Shown: piece after piece, positions 24,186-31,898 of the stretch
Layout: each line of letters starts with the position of its first letter
Numbering within the stretch: position 1 is the stretch's first letter
Notes under the pieces: model-generated
Told to the model about the DNA's origin: nothing
Databases searched by the model: none
The model's input: only the letters and a program-made list of their open reading frames with translations
Assembly (NCBI GenBank): GCA_026016245.1
Contig: CP061211.1
Span: 300,001 to 332,000 of the forward strand
Source of the DNA: Candidatus Pacearchaeota archaeon
GTDB lineage: Archaea > Nanobdellota > Nanobdellia > Pacearchaeales > UBA284
Length of the DNA stretch: 32,000 bases
Direction of reading: 5' to 3'
Program-made: the position numbers and the translations under genes

Positions 24186-24220
24186 CCTATTTCCCGAAGT
24201 AATATAGCGGGAAATAGTTA
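24182..24220 (+). repeat. Minimal attC-like site L (terminal site, next to the recombinase promoter)
   Basis: CTAA[CAC]CTATTTCCCG - AAGTAATATAG - CGGGAAATAG-TTAG. Perfect 10-bp stem (24187-24196 / 24208-24217), GAAGT at 24196-24200, GTTAG at 24217-24221. Confidence 0.7.
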
Positions 24221-24242
24221 GATATGATGAAAAGACGAAATG

Positions 24243-24250
24243 TTTAAATA
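24243..24250 (+). promoter_or_regulatory. TATA box of the recombinase gene
   Basis: TTTAAATA ends 22 nt upstream of ATG 24272 and begins 22 nt after the GTTAG of site L. Confidence 0.5.
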
Positions 24251-24271
24251 TTTCTTTAAGTAAGAAAAATC

Positions 24272-25093
24272 ATGGAAAAAGAGGGGAGTGAAGAAAAACA
24301 AAGGGGAGAAAACCAAGAACAAGAATATTTGATTGAAAAATTCCTTGAAGAGCTCAGATTAAGAAAATATTCTTCTCAGACAGAAAAATCTTATCTTAGA
24401 ATTATTAAGGAATTTTTAAAATCTGGTAAAACGTTAAGAGAATTTCTATTGGGTTATTCAAATAAAAGTAGATCTTATGTTAGAAGTGTTTATTTTGCCT
24501 TGAAATTTTTTTATGAAAATGCTCTTGATGAAAAATTTCAAGAGAAGATACCTCTTGTTAAAACAAAATTAAAATTACCAATTATTTTATCGAGAGAAGA
24601 AATTAAAAAAATGATAGATGTTACAGAAAATTTAAAACATAAAATTGTTTTAATGCTTCTTTATTATGCTGGTCTTCGTTTAGATGAAACAAGAAATTTA
24701 AGATGGAAAGATACAGATTTTGATAGGAAATTAATTCACGTTAAAAAAACTAAAGGAGAGAATGAAAGAATTGTGTTTTTGCATGATAATTTAAAAAAAT
24801 GTCTTGAAGTATATGGGATAAAATCAGAAGGTTTAATTTTAATCTCAGAAAGAAATAAAAAATATGATAAAAGAAGTATTCAACAGATAGTTAAAAAAGC
24901 TTCTGAGAAAGTAGGGATAAATAAAAAAGTAAGCCCCCATACTCTTAGACATAGTTTTGCTACGCATCTCTTAGAGGCTGGAGCTGATATAAGATATATA
25001 CAACATTTACTTGGTCATAAAAATTTACAGACAACACAAATTTATACACATGTAGCAAATAAAAATATTAAAAGATTAGCTAAACTATTATAA
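24272..25093 (+). CDS. xerA: Tyrosine recombinase, XerA/XerC/XerD type (273 aa)
   Basis: N-terminal SAM-like core-binding domain (YSSQTEKSYLRIIKEFL). Catalytic R136 (AGLRLDE), K (KKTKGENERIV), H223-x-x-R226 (HTLRHSFATHLL), H249 (LLGH) and Y258 (IYTHV). Only 87 residues separate R136 from H223, so there is no IntI-type insertion. Confidence 0.88.
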   Translation: MEKEGSEEKQRGENQEQEYLIEKFLEELRLRKYSSQTEKSYLRIIKEFLKSGKTLREFLLGYSNKSRSYVRSVYFALKFFYENALDEKFQEKIPLVKTKLKLPIILSREEIKKMIDVTENLKHKIVLMLLYYAGLRLDETRNLRWKDTDFDRKLIHVKKTKGENERIVFLHDNLKKCLEVYGIKSEGLILISERNKKYDKRSIQQIVKKASEKVGINKKVSPHTLRHSFATHLLEAGADIRYIQHLLGHKNLQTTQIYTHVANKNIKRLAKLL

Positions 25094-25126
25094 AAAAATA
25101 GAAGGAATAAGAAAAGGGAAAAGAAA

Positions 25127-27532
25127 ATGCCACATATTAAGAAACTTCATCTGCACGGATTCAAATCATTTGCAAAACCAACAGATATTTTATTTGATAA
25201 AGGTATGAATGTTATTGTTGGTCCTAACGGAAGTGGGAAAAGCAACTTGGCAGATGCTGTATGTTTTGTTCTTGGAAGGCTGAAAGTCAAGAGTCTTAGA
25301 GCAAATAAGACAGCTAAACTTATTTATCATGGAGGTAAAGAGGGTAAGCCAGCCCAGAATGCTAAGGTAAGTATGGTGTTTGATAATAGTGATGGTGTTT
25401 TTGCCTTACCAGAACCTTCTGATGAGGTTGAGATTGCAAGAATAGCGAAGAGAGATGGTACTAGCACTTATAAAATTAATAACAAAACTAAAACAAGACA
25501 GGAGATTCTAGAACTTTTGGCACAGGCTGGAGTTGATCCAGAGGGTTTTAATATCATACTCCAGGCAGAAATAAGCACTATAATAAATATGCATACTGAG
25601 GAAAAAAGGGAGATTATTGAGGAAATTGCTGGAATTAAGATTTATGAAGTAAGAAAGGAAAAATCTTTAAGAGAGCTTGAAAAAACTGAATCCAAATTAA
25701 AAGAAGTGAGAATAATACTAGACCAGAGAGCAGCCTATATGAAAAATCTAGAAAAGGAAAAAGAACAGGCAGAGAAGTATGAAAGATTAAGGAGAAATAT
25801 CAGAAGGGATAAAGCAGCTCTTGTTTTTAAAAAAGTCAAGGAAAAGGAAAGTGATAGGAATAAGTTAGAGAAAAAAATTAAGGAGAAAAAAGAGCAGCTA
25901 AGCAAGATACAAGACAAAATAAATTCTACTCAGAGAAAGATAATTGATTTTGATAAGCAGATTAGAGACATTGATGAACATATCAATAAAAGGTCTGGTG
26001 TTGAGCAAGAACAGCTTTATAATGAAATTTCTACGTTAAGATCTGAGACTGCAGTTCTTGGGGTAAGACTTGAAAATTATACAGAGCAGATGGATACCAT
26101 TGATAAAAGAGTTGAACAGTTAAAAATAGATGAAATAAGAATGAATCAGGAACTAAAGCAATTAGAGCAAGAAAAATCAAGGCAGAAAGAGCAAAAATTA
26201 GATATTCATGATTTTAGGGCTGAGGTTGTAAAAGCTGCCACAAGAATTAAAGATGCAAGCAAAAAAGTTGAGATGATTTTTTCTGATTTGTTTGAAAAAA
26301 TTAGACAGAGGAAAACAAGAATAGATGACCTTGTAAGGCAGAACAATATAAAAGGAATCCATGAAGAAGTTAATGCCCTTGTTTATTCTCTTGAAGAAAA
26401 TATCCCAGAATTAGGCAAGATTTCTAAAGAAACTTCAAAAATTGCTAGTGAAATCTCAAAACTTAAGATTAGTGAGGGGGAAAGAAGGAACATTAACATG
26501 GAAATTGAGCTTTTGAAAATAGAACTTGACAGGATGAGGGGAATTGTTAAAAAAAGTTTGCAGGAAAAGAAAGATATAGAACAACTTATAGAGGAATTGA
26601 AAAAAGATGAGGGAAAGAAGAAAAAATATGTGGTAGATAAAGAAAAAATTGAAAAAAAGTTAAGAAGTACTTTTGATAAACTACTACTAAAGAAAAGCCA
26701 GCTTCAAGGAATAGTGAAAAAGCAAGAGGTTATAGTCAAGGCAGAAGAAAGTAAGGCAAGAGAGATTGAAAATGAAACTCAGACAATTAGTTTAATAAAA
26801 GCTAGAATAGATACCACACTCCAAATAGTCCAGTCAGAAATAGAAGAGTATAAAGAATTTAGGGAAGAGCTTGAAAAAGTGAGTCTTGGTACAAAAGAGC
26901 AGATTGAGATAAGAATAGAAAGAAATGAAAGGGTATTGGATGAGATAGGTTATGTGAATTTGAGGGCATTAGAAGTTTATGATAAAATTAAGGCTGATTA
27001 TGAAGAAATTGAGAGCAGAGTGAATAAATTAGAAGAGGAACAAAATGAAATTATGAAAATTATTGAAGAGGTTGATAAGAAAAAAAAACAAGCTTTTATG
27101 CAGACATTTAATGCAATAAATGAATCATTCTCAGAAAATTTCATGGCTTTGAGCAATAAGGGGCAGGCTTTCCTTGATTTAGAGAATAAGCAGAATCCAT
27201 TTGCTGGTGGTTTAGAAATTGTGATAAAATTGGCCAAAGGAAAATACATGGATGCTGATCAGCTTTCAGGAGGAGAAAAAGTTATTATTGCCCTGGCTCT
27301 TATATTTGCTATACAGAAATACAAACCTTATTGCTTCTATATTTTTGACGAGATTGACCCTGCCCTCGACAAAAGAAACAGTGAAAGATTAGCTAATATT
27401 TTAAGAAAGAATGTTCAAAAGAGCCAGTGTATCATTATAACGCACAATGATGCTATAATTAATAATGCTAATGTGTTGTATGGGGCCACAATGCAGGAAG
27501 GTATTAGCAAGATTATTGGTTTGAAGGTTTAA
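25127..27532 (+). CDS. SMC-family ABC-type ATPase, short form (801 aa) with no recognisable hinge domain
   Basis: Walker A GPNGSGKSN near the N-terminus. The C-terminal signature is LSGGEK, Walker B is FYIFDEIDPALD, and the H-loop is IIITHN. About 480 aa of heptad-like K/E-rich coiled coil lie between, with no Gly-rich hinge and no CxxC hook. Confidence 0.75.
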   Translation: MPHIKKLHLHGFKSFAKPTDILFDKGMNVIVGPNGSGKSNLADAVCFVLGRLKVKSLRANKTAKLIYHGGKEGKPAQNAKVSMVFDNSDGVFALPEPSDEVEIARIAKRDGTSTYKINNKTKTRQEILELLAQAGVDPEGFNIILQAEISTIINMHTEEKREIIEEIAGIKIYEVRKEKSLRELEKTESKLKEVRIILDQRAAYMKNLEKEKEQAEKYERLRRNIRRDKAALVFKKVKEKESDRNKLEKKIKEKKEQLSKIQDKINSTQRKIIDFDKQIRDIDEHINKRSGVEQEQLYNEISTLRSETAVLGVRLENYTEQMDTIDKRVEQLKIDEIRMNQELKQLEQEKSRQKEQKLDIHDFRAEVVKAATRIKDASKKVEMIFSDLFEKIRQRKTRIDDLVRQNNIKGIHEEVNALVYSLEENIPELGKISKETSKIASEISKLKISEGERRNINMEIELLKIELDRMRGIVKKSLQEKKDIEQLIEELKKDEGKKKKYVVDKEKIEKKLRSTFDKLLLKKSQLQGIVKKQEVIVKAEESKAREIENETQTISLIKARIDTTLQIVQSEIEEYKEFREELEKVSLGTKEQIEIRIERNERVLDEIGYVNLRALEVYDKIKADYEEIESRVNKLEEEQNEIMKIIEEVDKKKKQAFMQTFNAINESFSENFMALSNKGQAFLDLENKQNPFAGGLEIVIKLAKGKYMDADQLSGGEKVIIALALIFAIQKYKPYCFYIFDEIDPALDKRNSERLANILRKNVQKSQCIIITHNDAIINNANVLYGATMQEGISKIIGLKV

Positions 27533-27879
27533 CCAGGATAATGTTGTCCATCAGGGATCTCTTTTCTTTTTTTAAATATCTCTTCATCTATCATAATTCC
27601 TTGCCTAAAATCTCCTCCCAATACTACAATCACTTTATTTTCTAGATCTTTTTTTGATTTGCATTTCATCTTCTTTAGAAATTTTTCTAGATTATCTGGA
27701 GCAAGATCAACAAAATTCATTAAACCTGGTTCAGGAAGAAATTGTATTCTTAGCACTTCGTTTTCATAAAAATATGTACGAAATATTACAGCATATCTCT
27801 TTTCAAATTCGTGATAATTTTTTGCTATTTCTTTACTACGAAACCATCCACTTACAGGATGTTTATAATATTCAAGCAT
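27529..27879 (-). CDS. Hypothetical protein (116 aa)
   Basis: Intact ORF convergent with the SMC-like gene (4-nt overlap). Confidence 0.4.
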   Translation of the reverse strand: MLEYYKHPVSGWFRSKEIAKNYHEFEKRYAVIFRTYFYENEVLRIQFLPEPGLMNFVDLAPDNLEKFLKKMKCKSKKDLENKVIVVLGGDFRQGIMIDEEIFKKRKEIPDGQHYPG

Positions 27880-27944
27880 TTTTTTCTTAGCTCTTTTTAT
27901 TTCTTTCTGTTGTTTATTTCAACTTCCTCTTCGAAAAAATTAAT

Positions 27945-28379
27945 TTACATATCTTCTGTATTTTTTACATATTCTCTCAGATAGTTTCGAAAACCGTGAT
28001 TAAGTCTGATAGGCTCACTAAAATTATATCTTTTCTTACTGCAAACTATTATACCTTGTTCGATAAGATGATCCAAATCATCTTTAAAATTTCCTTTAGA
28101 ATAACCCTCAGAATATAAAATTTGTATTCTATTGAAATATTCCATCACCCTTTTATGAGATATCCCTTTTCTTGGTTGTTCTTTATTTTTATCTATATCC
28201 TGAAACATTAATTCCAAAATTAATCTTCTACTCCTGTACGCCCAGCACCCTATTTCCTCATGAAAACAACAGTCAATTACATTTTTCCCTAATTCATTTA
28301 GATTTTTGACTATTTTCTTTTCAGTATTTGCAATTAAATTTACTAATCCAAGAAATTGACTATTTATTTTTTCTGCCAT
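27945..28379 (-). CDS. Hypothetical protein (144 aa), possibly winged-helix-like
   Basis: Intact ORF; weak wHTH-like segment ISHKRVMEYFNRIQ...LIEQGIIV. Confidence 0.4.
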   Translation of the reverse strand: MAEKINSQFLGLVNLIANTEKKIVKNLNELGKNVIDCCFHEEIGCWAYRSRRLILELMFQDIDKNKEQPRKGISHKRVMEYFNRIQILYSEGYSKGNFKDDLDHLIEQGIIVCSKKRYNFSEPIRLNHGFRNYLREYVKNTEDM

Positions 28380-28399
28380 CTTTATAAAAATAAGAAAAT

Positions 28400-31057
28400 T
28401 TATTTCTTTCTGTTGTTTACTGGAGCTTCCTCTTCAAAGAATCCTATGATTTTTTTGCCTAGTCCACTAAGAAGAAGGATTATTATAATAAGGATAATTA
28501 TTCCTGCTATGATTAAACCTCTGTATTGTGAGAAAAAATCAACTGTTTCTGGTTTTTCTTCTTCTTCCTCAGCCTCTTCTTCAGTTGGTTCTTCTATTTC
28601 TGGTTCTGGTTCCTCTTCTTCAGGTTCAGCTGCTTCTGTTATTGTTATTGTTACTACATTACTCTGTACAAGTTCTTTGCCATCAGAAGCATAGAAAGTT
28701 ACCTCTCTTTCCTCTCCTTCCATGTCTGGTTGAGGTGTAAGCTTAATAACAGATCCAGTGATTGATACATCGACATTAAGAGGTTTGACAGTAACAAAAG
28801 TCAAATCATCTCCATCTGGATCTTCGAAATAATCAGCAAGATCTATTTCATATGATTGTCCTGCTGGAATTTCTATATCAGGAAATTCTTTAGCAAGTAT
28901 TGGAGCTTGATTTTCACCTTCTACTGGTTCTTCAATTTCTTCTTCTGGCTCTTCTTCAGGAATTTCTTCTTCAAGTTCTTTAAAGGTTAAATCTGCTACT
29001 CCATCAGTTATATTATTTAATGTGATTTCAAGATCAAGATAGCCATTACCATCAGTATCAAACTGTTTAGTTTCTCCGATATTTAAATCAACTATGAATG
29101 GTTCAGATAATATTTGAATTGTTACGCTATCATCTCCAACTTCTTCGATTTCTGCTGTATGTTCTTCATCTTTAATATTAAATTTAAAAGAATCTCCTTC
29201 AGAACCACTAAATTGTTGTTCTACTTCCTCAACTTCCTCTTCTTCCTGTTCCTCTTCCCCAGGCTCAGGTTCTTCTTCAGGTTGTTCTTCTGTAACATTT
29301 TCTTCTTCTGCTTGTTTTGGTGTGAAAATATTGGCAATCCAGTTTATGATTTTTTGGAACCATGATTCTTCCTCTTCTTCAACTGGTTCTGGTATGATAG
29401 GTTCTAATTCTTCAGTTTCAACTACTGAGATTGTAACAGTGTCTGATGCTAGGATTGTTGTGTCTTCTAATCTGACTGTTACTGTAACCTTATAATCTTG
29501 AAGTTGTGTTTCAGGTGGAGGAGCTATGTATAGATAGACTGTTTGTGCCTCACCTGGTTCTATGTCAATTGCTCCAGGATTGATTTGTGAGAAGCTTGTT
29601 CCTGTTCCAGATATTTCAATATTATAGTGAGCTGGTTGTTCACCTTTATTTTCTATTATAAAAATTCCAGTAGCTGTGCTATCTTTTGCTACTCTAATGA
29701 CATCGTCTTTTGCGCTGATTGATGGTTTGTAGCAATCTTCTATTGTCACTGTACTAATACTTATTGTATCTTCAGCTTCAGCACCACTTAAAGGATCTCT
29801 TGCTTTTATTGTGAAGTCATATGCTCCTCCTAGAGTATTGTAAGGAGGATGTATGTCAAGAATAAAGCTTTTTTCTTCACCTGGTGTAAGGGTGAAGTGT
29901 TTCTCAGATATTGTTGCCCATTCCTGGCCTTCTAATGTGATGTCAAAAGTATTATCAAACTTTCCATTATTTCTCACTATGACAGCATAAGTATTGCTTA
30001 AAGCATTACACATCCTATCTTCCTCTTCCTCAATTGTTACAGAAACACCATAGCATTTTTCAACATCAATGCTGACATCATATTTCTTTAAGACTTTACC
30101 ATAATCAGTTAGAATTTCAATATTAACTGAGAAGTTTCCTTCTGTCATATAAGGTGGCCTTGCAATAATATTAAAAGTTTTCTCTTCTCCCTCTGCCACA
30201 TTAAGTGTTTTTTGATCAAGAGTTGTCCAGGATGGACCATACATATTAATTCTATATATATTATCTCTTGTTCCTAAATTCCTGATTTTTATAGGAATAC
30301 TAAGTTCCTCAGCCTCACACATCCTATAATAGATCTTCTCACTACTTAGGGTATAATCATAACAAGAAACAATCTCTATGTTAGCCACTTTGTTTGCCTG
30401 AGCATAAGGACTCTCAGATGTAACAACAAAATTTACCTCATAAGTCCCAGCAACATTACAGGGTGTTAATACATAAACTTCAATATCTGTTTCTGTACAG
30501 CTTGCTAGTGTTACAGATTCTGAAGAAAGACTTATCCAATCTGCAGCTGGTCCTTCAACTATTATGTCATAATTTTCTAGATAATTACCCATATTATTAA
30601 TATTTAATAATATAGTTTCTTCTTCGCAAGCACAAATCATGAGTGTTTCAGGTTCAACACTTAAAATAGTATTATGACAATTTTCTACTATCACATTATG
30701 TTCAACTGTTTTTATGTTTCCATTAGCTTTTTCCACAGTTATTTTAAGCTTGTAATTGCCTGGGGTAACTTGACTGGAAGGAGTAATATAAGAATAAATT
30801 GATTGAGCCTGGCCTCCTTCAAGCCAGAATCCTGTTGGAACACTTGTTGTGAATGTTGCTGCTGTTCCTTCTACTGTTACTGTAAATGCACCTGCTGTTG
30901 ATGCTGTTACAATATCTTCAATAACAATAGTAGAAGAAGGACAGACAGTGTTAGTTGTAATATTAGAGGTTATAGTAAATGCAGATGCTTGTGTTAAAGC
31001 AAATACAAATACAAACAAAAACATCAAAAACAATAATGTTGACCTTAACCTTTCCAT
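28400..31057 (-). CDS. Large secreted, C-terminally anchored surface protein (S-layer/adhesin candidate) with repeated beta-sandwich modules and poly-acidic linkers
   Basis: Signal peptide MERLRSTLLFLMFLFVFVFALTQASA. At least 5 tandem ~95-110 aa modules share the pattern C..Y..S......C..E....I.I.N.G.....Y.I......W (CARDB/NEW3-like). One cadherin-like module (NQAPIL...DPDGDDLTF). Three E/P-rich linkers. C-terminal TM helix GLIIAGIIILIIIILLLSG. Confidence 0.75.
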   Translation of the reverse strand: MERLRSTLLFLMFLFVFVFALTQASAFTITSNITTNTVCPSSTIVIEDIVTASTAGAFTVTVEGTAATFTTSVPTGFWLEGGQAQSIYSYITPSSQVTPGNYKLKITVEKANGNIKTVEHNVIVENCHNTILSVEPETLMICACEEETILLNINNMGNYLENYDIIVEGPAADWISLSSESVTLASCTETDIEVYVLTPCNVAGTYEVNFVVTSESPYAQANKVANIEIVSCYDYTLSSEKIYYRMCEAEELSIPIKIRNLGTRDNIYRINMYGPSWTTLDQKTLNVAEGEEKTFNIIARPPYMTEGNFSVNIEILTDYGKVLKKYDVSIDVEKCYGVSVTIEEEEDRMCNALSNTYAVIVRNNGKFDNTFDITLEGQEWATISEKHFTLTPGEEKSFILDIHPPYNTLGGAYDFTIKARDPLSGAEAEDTISISTVTIEDCYKPSISAKDDVIRVAKDSTATGIFIIENKGEQPAHYNIEISGTGTSFSQINPGAIDIEPGEAQTVYLYIAPPPETQLQDYKVTVTVRLEDTTILASDTVTISVVETEELEPIIPEPVEEEEESWFQKIINWIANIFTPKQAEEENVTEEQPEEEPEPGEEEQEEEEVEEVEQQFSGSEGDSFKFNIKDEEHTAEIEEVGDDSVTIQILSEPFIVDLNIGETKQFDTDGNGYLDLEITLNNITDGVADLTFKELEEEIPEEEPEEEIEEPVEGENQAPILAKEFPDIEIPAGQSYEIDLADYFEDPDGDDLTFVTVKPLNVDVSITGSVIKLTPQPDMEGEEREVTFYASDGKELVQSNVVTITITEAAEPEEEEPEPEIEEPTEEEAEEEEEKPETVDFFSQYRGLIIAGIIILIIIILLLSGLGKKIIGFFEEEAPVNNRKK

Positions 31058-31157
31058 TTTATTGTCGCTATGTTGTTACTTAAAAAGAGAAAGTGAGTAT
31101 ATAAACTTTTTTGTGGTTAAATATAACATTTATAAGATATAAAAAAAGAAAAAAATC

Positions 31158-31898
31158 TTATTTAGCAATTTCCCAAAGCAATTCAAAATAATTTAGAAAG
31201 CTTTTAACTACATCTTTACTTTCTAAAACAAAACCAATTGGATTTATATCCCAAATGATTATAGCAACTTTATTTCCGTAAACTATTGTTGTTGCTGGAA
31301 ATTCAAATTTTTCTGGCAAAAATCTAACTTCAACTAATTTTTGTTCTTTTGTTGGTCTTTTTCCTTTCAACTTAATATTATAAATTATCTTGTAGTTTAT
31401 TTTTGCTTTAATTCTTCTTTTCTGCCAATTATCAAAATACCATTTGAAAATTTCTTTGAACCTGCCCTCAGCTCCAAAAGCAACAAAATCTTTCTTTGTT
31501 TTTAGGATATCTTCAAGAATATTTTTAATTCCCTCTTTACCAATAAATATCCTAACTTCCTGCTTTTCAGTTGCTATTTTTTGTCTTTTAATTAATTCTG
31601 GTAAAATTTTTTTAATTTCTAATTTATCTTCTTTAATTTTATGCTCTTTGCTTTCTAAAATTTGTAAAATTCTTTCTGGATTTTCAGAATTGAAATATTT
31701 CTTGTTGTTTTTTATAATAAAGCTAACTAATCCAAGATCAATAAGCTTGTCAAGAATATCATAAATATAACTTCTATGCAATCCTGTTTTCTTTACAAGA
31801 TCACTTACTGTTGCTGTGCCTATTTCAAGCAAAGTTAGATAGACTTTTCTATCATTTTTCGTTAATCCAATTTTTTCTAATATTTGAATATCTGTCAT
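31158..31898 (-). CDS. TrmB-family transcriptional regulator
   Basis: N-terminal wHTH LEKIGLTKNDRKVYLTLLEIGTATVSDLVKKTGLHRSYIYDILDKLIDLGLVS plus a TrmB-like C-terminal domain. Confidence 0.8.
   Translation of the reverse strand: MTDIQILEKIGLTKNDRKVYLTLLEIGTATVSDLVKKTGLHRSYIYDILDKLIDLGLVSFIIKNNKKYFNSENPERILQILESKEHKIKEDKLEIKKILPELIKRQKIATEKQEVRIFIGKEGIKNILEDILKTKKDFVAFGAEGRFKEIFKWYFDNWQKRRIKAKINYKIIYNIKLKGKRPTKEQKLVEVRFLPEKFEFPATTIVYGNKVAIIIWDINPIGFVLESKDVVKSFLNYFELLWEIAK

Larger units (their letters stand above)
12662..24220 (+). mobile_element. Integron-like gene-cassette array: 12 related structured sites (A-L) delimiting 11 gene units
   Basis: The same site architecture recurs 12 times in the same orientation. 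Unit-specific inverted repeats bracket the genes, the cargo is unrelated accessory genes, and a tyrosine recombinase gene starts 52 bp after the last site. See the individual repeat features and findings. Confidence 0.7.

Noticed and set aside
24187-24217. Site L as a chromosomal dif site for XerA
   Set aside because: The perfect 10-bp arms are separated by 11 nt, not the 6-8 nt central region of dif-type sites. The site also shares the AAC...GAAGT...GTTAG layout of the array sites. The possibility is not fully excluded without a genome-wide dif search.
12612-24271. Regularly recurring repeats, which could suggest a CRISPR array
   Set aside because: The repeats are 39-151 bp, variable in length and only partly conserved. 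The 'spacers' are 0.6-2 kb and contain complete protein-coding genes. No cas genes are present.
24272-25093. Calling the recombinase an integron integrase (IntI)
   Set aside because: It is 273 aa, with only 87 residues between the catalytic Arg and the HxxR box. There is thus no room for the IntI-specific insertion, and by eye it is Xer-like. It is reported as Xer-type, and its link to the array is marked as inference.
28356-29365. Plus-strand ORFs 28356-28694, 28528-28740, 29114-29365 and 30849-31142
   Set aside because: They are antisense to the large surface-protein gene and arise from its GAA/GAG-rich acidic-linker DNA (poly-Ser/Leu/Phe translations).
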